A DNA stretch of 32,000 nucleotides from the NCBI RefSeq assembly GCF_009617975.1, contig NZ_CP040089.1:930001-962000 (forward strand), written 5' to 3'. The position numbers were made by a program, and so were the translations under genes. The stretch is from Candidatus Nanohalobium constans. GTDB taxonomy: Archaea > Nanohalarchaeota > Nanosalinia > Nanosalinales > Nanosalinaceae. Position 1 is the first letter of the stretch. The number at the start of each line of letters is the position of its first letter. Positions 15,976 to 25,473 of the stretch are shown here, one piece after another. The notes below the pieces were generated by a model. The model saw only the letters and a program-made list of their open reading frames with translations. It made no database searches and was not told the origin of the DNA.

Positions 15976-17652
15976 ATGGATAAGAAAGATTTATTGAAAG
16001 AATGGCGTATCTGGGTTCTTGTACTAGCATTAATAGCTTCAACAGCACTTCTAATCCCGTGGAACAGCTCTACTCTGTTCTTCGATACAAGTGGAGACGA
16101 GGTTGGGTTCCAGACCAATCTGGATAACCGTACAAGCATAGACTTCAGCGGAGGAACCCGGATGCTTCTAGAACTTCAGTCCAACGCAACTGGAGAAGAA
16201 TTACAGACTCAGGCAGATGACGTGCGACAGACACTGGAGATAAGGCTCTCTAACCTGAATATTCCTGATCCGAGTGTCCGTGTAGTAGACATAGGTGGCG
16301 GCAACTACCGAATTCAGGTCGAGGCATCCAGCAGCAACCAGACAAGGCTGAGAAATGTAATCCAGCGAGAAGGAAGCTTCGAAGCACGCATGCCAGTGCC
16401 AGTACAGAACGAGAAAAACTTCACCTTAGGCAGCAACACATACAGCTTCCAGGTCCAGAACCAGTCAGTAGAAGTAACAGGACTTGACAACAGCTACTCA
16501 AAACTAGTCGGTCCTAACGAAAGATTCCAAATAGAGGATAACGGAATAGACAACTACAACACCTCATTTATCTACCAAGTATACAACGAATCAACCGAAA
16601 CAGCAGATATAGAAGTTGTAGCTTACTCAGGAGACGACATACAATCAGTAGTAGACAGTGATTCCCGATTAGAGGGAGGTGCAGGAAACTACCAGTTCAG
16701 TTTCCCCGTAATAATTTCTACAGCATCAGCCAACAATGTGCTTCATGTAGCTGAGAATTACGGTAGCTCCGTAGGACAGGAATCAGACCTTACACTAGAG
16801 AACGGAGAGTTCGCTCGTTTAGGACTTTATGTCGACGGAGAAAGACAAACTGCATTGAGGATGGGATCAGAATTCGCCAGACAGGTAGTCACAAAGCCAC
16901 GGATTCAAGGTGGAGCAGAATCCAGAAGCCAAGCACAGGCAGAGATGGAAGAGTTACAAGTCATACTTGAATCAGGTAGCCTGGCAACACCTGTAGAAGT
17001 AGTAAGCTCCAGCACCTTGAGCGCAGCAAGAGGAAGCCAGTTCATGACCGCTGCAATACTATCGATAATCGGTTCATTAGTGGCAGTTGGGTTCGCAGTA
17101 TTCGCACGCTACAAAGACCCAAGAGTAGTAATTCCGATCGTATTCACAGGTGCATCAGAAGTCTACATCCTGCTCGGGGCATACTTCACAACACTAGGCA
17201 CATTAAGCCTTTCAGCAGTGGCAGGAATAATAGCAGCAGTTGGAACAGGAGTAGACGACCAGATAATCATTACAGATGAATCAGGAAGAGAAGAGCTTCA
17301 AGGATGGCAGCAGAAGATGAAGAACGCGTTCTTCGTAATCTTCACTTCCGCAGCATCCACAATTGGTGCAATGCTTCCAATCCTGTCACCAGGAAGCATT
17401 TCCTACCTGATCGGGGCAGCAGGAGTCGGATTGATGGGTTACACGCTGTACACCAAGGGCAGGAACAAGCACTACATCGCGATCGGAGCATTCGCCATAA
17501 TGGTCGGCGTATTCACATCAACACTAGGACCTTCCGGCGCAGCACTAAGCACAATCCACGAATTCGCCCGAACAACAATCCTAGGAATCCTAGTCGGAAT
17601 AACAATCACCAGGCCAGCATTCGCGAAGACTATCGAATTCATCAAGGAATAA
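15976..17652 (+). CDS. secD: Protein-export membrane protein SecD
   Basis: N-terminal TM, a large extracytoplasmic domain and a C-terminal TM bundle with GTGVDDQIIITDE. The ATG at 15976 lies 1 nt after the secF stop. The track start at 15964 is a GTG. Confidence 0.85.
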   Translation: MDKKDLLKEWRIWVLVLALIASTALLIPWNSSTLFFDTSGDEVGFQTNLDNRTSIDFSGGTRMLLELQSNATGEELQTQADDVRQTLEIRLSNLNIPDPSVRVVDIGGGNYRIQVEASSSNQTRLRNVIQREGSFEARMPVPVQNEKNFTLGSNTYSFQVQNQSVEVTGLDNSYSKLVGPNERFQIEDNGIDNYNTSFIYQVYNESTETADIEVVAYSGDDIQSVVDSDSRLEGGAGNYQFSFPVIISTASANNVLHVAENYGSSVGQESDLTLENGEFARLGLYVDGERQTALRMGSEFARQVVTKPRIQGGAESRSQAQAEMEELQVILESGSLATPVEVVSSSTLSAARGSQFMTAAILSIIGSLVAVGFAVFARYKDPRVVIPIVFTGASEVYILLGAYFTTLGTLSLSAVAGIIAAVGTGVDDQIIITDESGREELQGWQQKMKNAFFVIFTSAASTIGAMLPILSPGSISYLIGAAGVGLMGYTLYTKGRNKHYIAIGAFAIMVGVFTSTLGPSGAALSTIHEFARTTILGILVGITITRPAFAKTIEFIKE

Positions 17653-17677
17653 AACCACATTTTCCCCATATTTTTCT

Positions 17678-18430
17678 ATGAAAGTGCTGATAACCGGAGG
17701 CAGCAACGGCATAGGCAAAGCCACAGCCCAGAAACTGCAGCAGGAAGACCATGAAGCAATAATTTTCGACAAGGAAAGACCGGATTACAGAGTTGATTTC
17801 TATCAGGGTGATGTCAGAGACGACGAAAGAGTCAAGGAAGTCGCCGAAAAAGCCGATTTCGATGTACTGGTTAACTGCGCCGGTTTCTATGAATTAGGTA
17901 GCGTCGAAGACATGGAGAAAGAAACAGCAGAGAAAATATTCGACACAAATGTCCACGGATACCTCAACTTCATCAGACACTCAATGCCAACGCTAAGAGA
18001 AAAGAACGGGCGAATAGTAAACATCACCTCCGTAGCTGGAAGAGTTTCGATTCCCTTCTTCGGCACTTACTGCGGATCTAAGCACGCTGTCGAATCCATC
18101 AGCGACTCACTTAGAAGAGAACAAGACGAAGTAGAAGTCGCAATCGTAGAACCTGGAGTAATTGAGACAGGTTTCAACGAGAGAGCTAGAGAAGCTTTGG
18201 AAAAGTATCTGCCAGACTCATTTTATTCTGAAGAGTATGAAGAAATACTATTAGAAGATGGCCTAGATGGCGTCGATGCGGAGAAAGCGGCTGAAAAAGT
18301 TTTTAAAGCAGTTACAGATAAGAGGGCGAAGAGAAGATATCAGGTTCCATTCAGAGCAAAGTTTGCGATCCTAACAGGACTCATGCCTGCTGTTGTTCAG
18401 GATTGGATAATAGAGAAAGTAATGAGATAA
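17678..18430 (+). CDS. Short-chain dehydrogenase/reductase (classical SDR)
   Basis: TGGSNGIGKATA cofactor loop, NCAG motif and catalytic YCGSK. Confidence 0.85.
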   Translation: MKVLITGGSNGIGKATAQKLQQEDHEAIIFDKERPDYRVDFYQGDVRDDERVKEVAEKADFDVLVNCAGFYELGSVEDMEKETAEKIFDTNVHGYLNFIRHSMPTLREKNGRIVNITSVAGRVSIPFFGTYCGSKHAVESISDSLRREQDEVEVAIVEPGVIETGFNERAREALEKYLPDSFYSEEYEEILLEDGLDGVDAEKAAEKVFKAVTDKRAKRRYQVPFRAKFAILTGLMPAVVQDWIIEKVMR

Positions 18431-18438
18431 GGGAAAAA

Positions 18439-18747
18439 TTATTGTACTTCTATGACTGCTTCGGCTACATCGTCCGCATTCTTCAGTGCTTCTCTTGCTT
18501 CATCTTCGCTGCAGTCTGTTTTTTCCTGTACTAGTTCAATGTCTTCCTGTGAAGGACCTTGTTCTTCTTTAGTGTAGTCCCCCTGCAGTTGGAACATTTC
18601 CTGACCTTGCATGTCGATTTTACTGACTTGTGGGGATTTGAATACAAATTTTTGGTCTCCAACATGGATTTCGACCTTGTCTGCGTCAATTTCGTCCATG
18701 TCCATTCCCATCTGCTTCATCATCTGCTGCATGTTTCCGCCGAACAT
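18439..18747 (-). CDS. nac: Nascent polypeptide-associated complex protein (archaeal NAC, NAC plus UBA domains)
   Basis: MFGGNMQQMMKQMGMDMDEI... is a typical archaeal NAC N-terminus, and a C-terminal UBA-like region reads SEDEAREALKNADDVAEAV. ATG at 18747 is preferred to the track start at 18786. Confidence 0.85.
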   Translation of the reverse strand: MFGGNMQQMMKQMGMDMDEIDADKVEIHVGDQKFVFKSPQVSKIDMQGQEMFQLQGDYTKEEQGPSQEDIELVQEKTDCSEDEAREALKNADDVAEAVIEVQ

Positions 18748-18797
18748 AACCTCTAATGCCACGCCATTCTTTAAATGAATAAGCAAAAACCGCGTAC

Positions 18798-19961
18798 ATG
18801 CTGGAAATCCTGGCCTACAGCCTGACAGGAGTTCTCCTCGGAGTATTCACAGGGCTGATTCCCGGAATACATCCAAACACAGTGATTTTCAGCTCTATTC
18901 CGTTCTACTTAACCTCTGAAATAGAGTTTATACTCTACGCCGCTCTAATTTCAGGTCTTTCGATCAGCCACACCTTCCACGACTTCATACCTGCATTCTA
19001 TCTCCAGGCACCCGAAGGAGGAACAGCACTGTCGATGAGCGTCGGCTCAGAAATGGCTTCAAACGGCAGAGGATTCGAAGCATTCAATTCTACGCTTATA
19101 GGAGGAATTACTTCGCTCTTCGTCTTTATCCTGATGCTGCCCGTGCTTTACTTCTTTCTGAAAAATGTTTATGCTGCTGTGGAACCTTTTATGGCTCCTT
19201 TTCTTGCGTTCTTCCTTTTCTTCCTTATTTTTCGCTCAGGACGTAAAGAGGCATTTATAGTTGCTGGATTAGCCGGAACCCTAGGCCTGCTTACCTTGAA
19301 CAGCAGTATCGCCGGCAGCTTCATATTGATGCCGATTTTCTCTGGTTTATTCGCTGTTCCTGCTGTCCTGTCTTCAATCGGCTCTGGTGCAGAGATTCCT
19401 GGGCAGGAGGAAAGTTTTGAGTTCGAAGGAGTTAGAGGAGGTGCCGTTGGTTTTCTGGCTGGTACTATGGCAGGCGTTTTTCCAGGTTTAGGTGCAGCTG
19501 GTTCTACTAGTTTTCTTATGCCTCTGCTTGAGGACAAGAAGGATTTCTTGGCTGGCATGGGTGGTGTCAATACTTCTGATATTGCGATGTCGCTGGTTTC
19601 TCTCCTGGTGATTGGTAAGGCACGTTCCGGGAGTTCTGTTGCTTTAAGCAGTTTGACTCAGACTGTGGAATGGGAGATTTTCCTGCTTATCGGTGTTTCT
19701 ATTTTCTGTGCTGGTATTTCTGCTTTGACTGCTTTGCGCTCTCACAATTTGTTTTTGCAAGTCTTTGAGTTGGTGAGTTTTCGTTTTGTAGGATTTCTGG
19801 TGCTTGCTGTTTTGCTCGGCGTTAGTTTTGTGTTTTCAGGTGTGTTTGGTGTATTGGTTTTGTTGGTTGCTTCTTTGGTTGGTGGTTATAGTTTTTTGGT
19901 TGATTGTCGTAGTGTTTGTATGGCTGTTTTGTTGGTGCCTGCGATTTTCTTTTTCCTGTAG
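18798..19961 (+). CDS. Integral membrane protein, TctA/DUF112-like
   Basis: Two copies of the family-type motif G-x-x-P-G-(I/L)-(H/G): GLIPGIHPNT and GVFPGLGAAGSTSFLMP. About 10 TM segments. Confidence 0.6.
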   Translation: MLEILAYSLTGVLLGVFTGLIPGIHPNTVIFSSIPFYLTSEIEFILYAALISGLSISHTFHDFIPAFYLQAPEGGTALSMSVGSEMASNGRGFEAFNSTLIGGITSLFVFILMLPVLYFFLKNVYAAVEPFMAPFLAFFLFFLIFRSGRKEAFIVAGLAGTLGLLTLNSSIAGSFILMPIFSGLFAVPAVLSSIGSGAEIPGQEESFEFEGVRGGAVGFLAGTMAGVFPGLGAAGSTSFLMPLLEDKKDFLAGMGGVNTSDIAMSLVSLLVIGKARSGSSVALSSLTQTVEWEIFLLIGVSIFCAGISALTALRSHNLFLQVFELVSFRFVGFLVLAVLLGVSFVFSGVFGVLVLLVASLVGGYSFLVDCRSVCMAVLLVPAIFFFL

Positions 19962-20003
19962 GAGTGCAAGTATTTTTATCTGTCGTGTTTGTAATTTTGT
20001 GTT

Positions 20004-21005
20004 ATGAATTCTCAGCGGGGTTTTGTTCTGGTTTTGACCGCGGTTTTTTTGCTGATGGCAGGGCTGATGTTGAAGCCTTTTGTAGGGTATTTGTTGGGTA
20101 GTTTGGTTCTTGCTTTTGTTTTGCATCCCGCTCAGAAGTATTTGCGGAGGTTTATTGATGAGAGGATTTCAGCTTTTTTCTTGACTATTTTGAGTGTGCT
20201 GGTTTTCTTGCTGCCTTTTGCTATTATTGTGAGTACTGTTGCGGGAGATGCTTCCGGAGTAATTAATGATGTTACTCAGAATGAGGTTGTTGATATTGAT
20301 CAGTTGGAAGCGTTGATGGCAGAGTATACGGATGAAGATATAGATATTAGAACTCAGTTGAGAGATGCCGTCAACAGTTTTGTTTCCACAGCGCTTGGAG
20401 GATTTTCCCAAATTCTCGGCATTCTTACTGCAGTAAGTATAGGTGTGTCGATAATGTTGTTCGTGATTTTCTACCTGTTGAAAGATGGTGAGGAGTTTGC
20501 AGATTATTTGAAAGACTTGATGCCTCTACCTGAGGATATTGCAGATAGTCTTTACGCTAAGACCTACAGTACTACCTGGGCTGTTATTAAGGGTCATGTG
20601 TTGGTTGCTTTGGCTCAGGGAGCTATTGCCGGTATCGGTTTGTGGGTTGCTGGAGTTCCAAACTTTGTGTTCTGGACATTTGTGATGATTATGCTTTCGT
20701 TTATCCCTTTGATTGGTTCGTTCTTGGTTTGGGGTCCGGCAGGAATTTATCTTGTTGCTCTTGGAGAAGTTCATGCAGGAATATTTTTGCTTATTTACGG
20801 CGTTGTAATTGTTAATCTTACTGATAACTTTCTTAGACCATTTGTTGTAGATGAAAGTGCCGATCTTCATCCCGCTGTGATATTAATCGGCGTTATTGGC
20901 GGTGTGTATGTTTTCGGTGCTTCAGGCTTGTTTATCGGCCCGGTTGTTTTCGGTACTTTGAAGGCAGTTCTTGAGGTTTTTAACAAGCATTATCAAGAAC
21001 TTTGA
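20004..21005 (+). CDS. AI-2E family transporter (PerM/UPF0118)
   Basis: Family-typical C-terminal region NFLRPFVVDESADLHPAVILIGVIGGVYVFGASGLFIGPVVFG and 7-8 TM segments. Confidence 0.8.
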   Translation: MNSQRGFVLVLTAVFLLMAGLMLKPFVGYLLGSLVLAFVLHPAQKYLRRFIDERISAFFLTILSVLVFLLPFAIIVSTVAGDASGVINDVTQNEVVDIDQLEALMAEYTDEDIDIRTQLRDAVNSFVSTALGGFSQILGILTAVSIGVSIMLFVIFYLLKDGEEFADYLKDLMPLPEDIADSLYAKTYSTTWAVIKGHVLVALAQGAIAGIGLWVAGVPNFVFWTFVMIMLSFIPLIGSFLVWGPAGIYLVALGEVHAGIFLLIYGVVIVNLTDNFLRPFVVDESADLHPAVILIGVIGGVYVFGASGLFIGPVVFGTLKAVLEVFNKHYQEL

Positions 21006-21042
21006 ACCTGTTTTATAATATATACGTGAGACAGTTTGGATT

Positions 21043-21828
21043 ATGACTAGTCATCGTGAATCAGTTGTTTTAGCTGTTATAGCCGTTATTTTGGTTTCCA
21101 TTCCTGCGGCATCTCAGAATGTTGAAATCAGCGGAGAGGAAAATAAGCAGGGTGTGATCGATTCGAAGTTTTCTGATCGTTTTGAAGTTGATTTTGAGCC
21201 AGGTAAGGTTGTTAATGATTTGATGGATAGTGATGCGAGACTTGAGGTCAATCAAAGTTTTAGTAGAGATGTGAAGAGGCTTCAGACTTCTAAAGGTTTT
21301 GTTAAGATAGTTAGGACAAATGATTCTATTGAGAAAACTGTTCAGACTCCTTACGGTCGTTTTGAGTTTGGAGTGAAAGATGGCGATAATTACAGCGAGT
21401 TTTCTGGGAACAGCGGTTCTAGAGATGAGGCTGAAGAGGTTAGGGAGAACTTGATGGATGAGATGAGTCAAAGGTCTTCGGAGTTAAGTGAGAAGCATAG
21501 TGTCGTGGTTCAGGAAATGCTTCCGGATGTCAGTGCTTCGGTTGAGGATAATTCAGAGACAGAGCATTTGAATTTGACGAATAACGAGGAGGAGGCAGTT
21601 GATATTTCTGGTTGGAAAGCAGTTTCTATCAGTGGAGATAGTATGGAATACATGAACTTAACCGGCAAGCTGGAGCCTGGTGAGACTAAGACCTTCTTTG
21701 CAGGTGACGAAGGCAGGATGGAAAATTTCGGAGACAATACTGTTTTTAAAGACGTGAATATTTACAGTAATGCCTTAGTAAAGGTTTATAACGCTGGAGA
21801 GAAAGAAATAGTAAGTTTAGAGTATTAA
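21043..21828 (+). CDS. Secreted or membrane-anchored protein with a C-terminal lamin-tail-domain-like module
   Basis: N-terminal hydrophobic signal/anchor VVLAVIAVILVSIPAASQ. The C-terminus EHLNLTNNEEEAVDISGWKAVSISGD...LEPGETKTFF resembles the LTD pattern (E.V.L.N....VDLSGW.L......L.PG....). Confidence 0.55.
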   Translation: MTSHRESVVLAVIAVILVSIPAASQNVEISGEENKQGVIDSKFSDRFEVDFEPGKVVNDLMDSDARLEVNQSFSRDVKRLQTSKGFVKIVRTNDSIEKTVQTPYGRFEFGVKDGDNYSEFSGNSGSRDEAEEVRENLMDEMSQRSSELSEKHSVVVQEMLPDVSASVEDNSETEHLNLTNNEEEAVDISGWKAVSISGDSMEYMNLTGKLEPGETKTFFAGDEGRMENFGDNTVFKDVNIYSNALVKVYNAGEKEIVSLEY

Positions 21829-22172
21829 AGTTTCTCTACTTCCCCATTTACTTTGTATTCTTCTCCCGTAACCAGTTTCTTCAGCTTCATCTCTTCTCCT
21901 TCAGCTACAACCACTATTCTCTTCAAGAGAGGGAGCGATACTTCAGGAATTTCTGGTTTTGCAGTTATGAGAATTGCTGAGATTATGTATAGATAGAGTA
22001 GTGCTGAAAGCGTCACCGGGTTATAACCCATGAAGTTAACCGTTATATAAGCGGTAGATGCTGTGAGAACTCCGTATGTCGTTCCCTCAATAATTTGCTG
22101 CTTCATATAGACATAAAATGGGCTTAAACAAAAAAAGTGTTTTGCCATATATTTTATCTCCATAAATTTCAC
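21825..22172 (-). CDS. Hypothetical small membrane protein
   Basis: ORF with two hydrophobic segments whose 3' end overlaps the convergent gene by 4 nt. The start is uncertain (possibly MKQQIIEG at 22106). No family recognised. Confidence 0.35.
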   Translation of the reverse strand: MKFMEIKYMAKHFFCLSPFYVYMKQQIIEGTTYGVLTASTAYITVNFMGYNPVTLSALLYLYIISAILITAKPEIPEVSLPLLKRIVVVAEGEEMKLKKLVTGEEYKVNGEVEKL

Positions 22173-22230
22173 TCTTTATTCCGTCACAGTTTTACGGAGA
22201 GTTAGGAGGTATGGAGACCTCCTTATCGAA

Positions 22231-23172
22231 CTATTTTTGCTTGTAGAACTCTACTGTTTTCCTTAGTCCTTCTTCAAAGCTGTGTTCTGGACTCCATCCA
22301 AGGACTTCTTCAGTTCTTGAGATGTCGGCGTTGTGTTGCATAACATAGTTGTCACGCGGGTTTTCAATCCTCTCCGGCTCAATATCAGTTCCAAGAACTT
22401 TGTTGAGTTTTTCTACTACTTGGTTGAAGGTTTGTGGATCTCCTTTACCGACATTGAAGACTTCGCCGTCCGCTTCTTCGATTCTCTGTGCGGCGGCGAT
22501 GTTGGCCTCTGCCACATCTTCAACATAGATGAGGTCTCTCTCCTGGTCGCCCTCTCCCCATATGACAGGTCTTTCTCCATCCTGCATCTTCCAGAGGAAC
22601 TGGGTGACCACATTGGCATACTTTCCCTTCGCCTTCTCATGAGGACCGAAAACGGAGAAGAACCTGAGTCCGGTAAATTGGACATCAGTCTGAACACTGT
22701 AGGTCTTGGCATAAAGTTCTCGGGACATTTTAGAAGCTGTGTAGAGATTCATCGGATACTCTCCCGAGTCAACTTCATGAGGTGGTTCGATGCTGCCATA
22801 CATGGAAGATGTAGATGCATAGACTACTTTTTCCACTTCCTCTTCTTTAGCTGCTTCTGCAACATTGACGAAGCCTTCTATGTTAACTCTAGCTCCTTCA
22901 GCTGCGTCTTCCTTATGCATTGGAGATGAGCTTCTGGCTGCGAGATGGAAAACAGTGTCTACTCCGTTGACGGCTTCCTGTATTTTTTCTTCGTCTAGTA
23001 CAGAGCCTTCGATTAACTCTATTTTGTCTTCTATTTTTTCCAGGTTTTCAGGAGTTCCGAGGTACATGCTGTCTAGTACTGTGACTTCTACATCTTTTTC
23101 TACCAGTTTTTCTACTATGTTGGAGCCTATGAATCCTGCTCCTCCTGTGACTAAGGCCTTTTCCATCTGCAT
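22231..23172 (-). CDS. NAD-dependent nucleotide-sugar epimerase/dehydratase (extended SDR)
   Basis: VTGGAGFIGSNIVEKL Rossmann loop, ASTSSMYG and catalytic YTASK. Confidence 0.85.
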   Translation of the reverse strand: MQMEKALVTGGAGFIGSNIVEKLVEKDVEVTVLDSMYLGTPENLEKIEDKIELIEGSVLDEEKIQEAVNGVDTVFHLAARSSSPMHKEDAAEGARVNIEGFVNVAEAAKEEEVEKVVYASTSSMYGSIEPPHEVDSGEYPMNLYTASKMSRELYAKTYSVQTDVQFTGLRFFSVFGPHEKAKGKYANVVTQFLWKMQDGERPVIWGEGDQERDLIYVEDVAEANIAAAQRIEEADGEVFNVGKGDPQTFNQVVEKLNKVLGTDIEPERIENPRDNYVMQHNADISRTEEVLGWSPEHSFEEGLRKTVEFYKQK

Positions 23173-23259
23173 AATTGATTTTGTTTAGCAGTGATTTTTT
23201 TAGCTGTTGAACCGGTTTTTAGAAAGGATTTTTATGGAGTGTTTGATAGAGTCTGATGT

Positions 23260-23667
23260 GTGGGAAGAGAAAGAGATTATCTCCAGAGTTTGTTAGCAGG
23301 TGAGTCCCGTGCTTATGGTTTCACTATTGCTTTTTGGGGTTCCGGGGCTATGTTGATCGGTCAGTATGGTATGCCTGATTTTATCCAGGCTGCTGCCTAC
23401 GGGGCTGGAGCAGTGACAGGTTTCGGTCTTCTGGCTTTGATCGCTTTCAAGAATACTTTTTCCGCTATAGAAGATACTAAGAGCACTATGGTTGTCTTAT
23501 CTATGATGCACTACTTGGCTGCGTTAATCCCTCTTATGATTTCGAAAGTGATCGTAGAGAATGTTTCTGTCCCTGCTTACGGGTTTTTCATGGCAGGAAT
23601 GTCTGTCTCAGTTGTCTACAACGCCCTTTCTGTTTTAGAAGAAGATATAGCTGAGCTATTGAGTTAG
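23260..23667 (+). CDS. Hypothetical membrane protein (4 TM)
   Basis: GTG-start ORF with four clear hydrophobic segments. No family recognised. Confidence 0.45.
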   Translation: MGRERDYLQSLLAGESRAYGFTIAFWGSGAMLIGQYGMPDFIQAAAYGAGAVTGFGLLALIAFKNTFSAIEDTKSTMVVLSMMHYLAALIPLMISKVIVENVSVPAYGFFMAGMSVSVVYNALSVLEEDIAELLS

Positions 23668-23765
23668 TTAGGAAAGATCTATCCATTTACCCCTCCCTCC
23701 GATGTAGACCGATAATTTGGTTGTGACAGGATTTTACTCTACTGGCTATTAAGTTGCTGTTTTCT

Positions 23766-24440
23766 CTACCTTGTGTCATCCGGAACTATATCCAGTTCTA
23801 GGTGGTACTTCTTCCCGTTTCTCTCTATATAGGCGTTACGATGTGGAGGATAGGTCAAAGCCCTTAACTCATCTATGAAATCTTCCTTCGATGTTTCTTC
23901 ATTAAGCTTTATCCTTCTCTCATCTTCCAAGTCTTTCTTGTAGTGTGTGGTGCCTCTTCCAGGGCTTTGTTGTGTTTTCTGTATATTTCCTTGTTTGATA
24001 TCAGCCCAGTTTTCCTTGAACTGCTGGACTTGCTCCCTCATCAATCTTTCATGCAAACTTTTCCCTGTGTCGTCAGGATATACCGGCACCTCTCTTCGGT
24101 CTATTATCGGACCGTGATCTATTTCTTCTGTCATTTGGTGTATTGATACGCCGGCAGGAGTATCCTCGATTATAGGCCAGATATACGGATGTGCCCCTCT
24201 GTTATACGGCAGAAAGGATGGATGGAGATTGATTATTCCTTTTTCAGGGACTTCGATTATCTCTTTAGGTACTTTGTGTTCGAAGCCTGCTGAGATAACT
24301 ATTTCTGGCTCCAGTTTTTCTATCAGCGATAGTTGGTCTTTCTCTGTAAGTAGTGCGAGGACATCAGTGTCTTCTCTCTGGTTCAGCCAGTTGTAGATTT
24401 CTTCGCCCGCCTGATTTTGTCCCAGGAAAACTGCCTCCAT
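23766..24440 (-). CDS. Formyltransferase-family protein (catalytic domain only); candidate sugar N-formyltransferase
   Basis: Formyl-transferase catalytic signature INLHPSFLPYNRG (Asn, His) and HQMTEEIDHGPII (Asp). 224 aa. Flanked by nucleotide-sugar epimerases. Confidence 0.75.
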   Translation of the reverse strand: MEAVFLGQNQAGEEIYNWLNQREDTDVLALLTEKDQLSLIEKLEPEIVISAGFEHKVPKEIIEVPEKGIINLHPSFLPYNRGAHPYIWPIIEDTPAGVSIHQMTEEIDHGPIIDRREVPVYPDDTGKSLHERLMREQVQQFKENWADIKQGNIQKTQQSPGRGTTHYKKDLEDERRIKLNEETSKEDFIDELRALTYPPHRNAYIERNGKKYHLELDIVPDDTR

Positions 24441-24538
24441 ACAGTATTCTTTCTCCGATAAACTATAACAGGTTTTCTATTCAGAGACCAGAGTAAATCG
24501 AACAGTTATTTTACATTTGTTTAGAATAACTGTAAAGC

Positions 24539-25435
24539 ATGGAAATCGCAGTAACCGGAGGCGCCGGATTCATCGGCAGCCATCTAGCAGAAAAACTAAT
24601 CGAAAAAGGTCACGACCTAACACTAATCGACAACCTCTCCTCCGGAGAACAAAAAAACATGCCCGAAGAAGCAGATTTTGAAAAAATAGACATCAAAGAA
24701 GATGATCTAACATGTCTAAGCGGGATAGATGTAGTTTTCCATCTTGCAGCCAACCCTAAAGTCAATACTTTTCCAGAAGACAGGGACAAAGACTTTGAGG
24801 AGAATTTGAAAGGTACAAAAAATGTTTTGGAAGCCTGCGAGAAATATGAAGTTGGAGAACTTATTTTTGCTTCTTCTTCAGTTGTATATGGCGAAGATGC
24901 CGAAATTCCAACTCCTGAAGACGCTAACATGAGCCCTATATCGATGTACGGCGCCACAAAATGCGGAGGAGAGCACATGTGCCAAGTCTACCAGCAGATC
25001 TTCGACATAGATCTAACTATCGTTAGACTGGCAAATATTGTCGGCGGCAGAAACCAGAAAGGAGTAATATACGACTTCATCCACAAACTGAAAGACAATC
25101 CAGAAAAACTAGTGATACTAGGCAACGGAAAACAGAGGAAAAGTTATCTGCATGTCGAAGACACGGTAGAAGGGATACTCGCTGCCCGGAAGTCAGATAA
25201 AACCGTTTTCAACATCGGTTCAGAGGACTCCATCGATGTAGATGGAATAGCCGACATAGTAGCAGACGAACTAGACCTAAGCCCGGATTACGAATACACT
25301 GGCGGAGAGAAAGGCTGGGAGGGCGATGTACCAGAAATGAGATTGAGTATTGAAAAATTGAAGTCGGAAGGCTGGAATCCAGAGAAAAATTCCGCTGAAT
25401 CAGTGCGGAAAACTGTTCGAGAACTCCTGATTTAA
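24539..25435 (+). CDS. NAD-dependent nucleotide-sugar epimerase/dehydratase (UDP-glucose 4-epimerase-like)
   Basis: VTGGAGFIGSHLAEKL, ASSSVVYG and catalytic YGATK. Confidence 0.85.
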   Translation: MEIAVTGGAGFIGSHLAEKLIEKGHDLTLIDNLSSGEQKNMPEEADFEKIDIKEDDLTCLSGIDVVFHLAANPKVNTFPEDRDKDFEENLKGTKNVLEACEKYEVGELIFASSSVVYGEDAEIPTPEDANMSPISMYGATKCGGEHMCQVYQQIFDIDLTIVRLANIVGGRNQKGVIYDFIHKLKDNPEKLVILGNGKQRKSYLHVEDTVEGILAARKSDKTVFNIGSEDSIDVDGIADIVADELDLSPDYEYTGGEKGWEGDVPEMRLSIEKLKSEGWNPEKNSAESVRKTVRELLI

Positions 25436-25473
25436 GGCAAGTCAGTCAAAGGCACTTCAGAAGAGGAAATTAG

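Noticed and set aside
17304-17681. 125-aa Arg/Asn/His-rich plus-strand ORF overlapping the 3' end of secD in another frame
   Set aside because: It is an alternative-frame artefact of A/C-rich sequence. The secD frame encodes conserved TM helices through this region.
19836-20126. 96-aa Q/N/T-rich minus-strand ORF, plus similar ones at 19169..19570, 20169..20411, 20526..20870 and 21070..21471
   Set aside because: These are antisense shadows of G/T-rich plus-strand genes (TctA-like, AI-2E, LTD protein). Their composition is implausible for this acidic proteome.
23766-24440. Formyltransferase as methionyl-tRNA formyltransferase (Fmt)
   Set aside because: Archaea initiate with unformylated Met. 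The protein also lacks the C-terminal tRNA-binding domain of Fmt, being only 224 aa.
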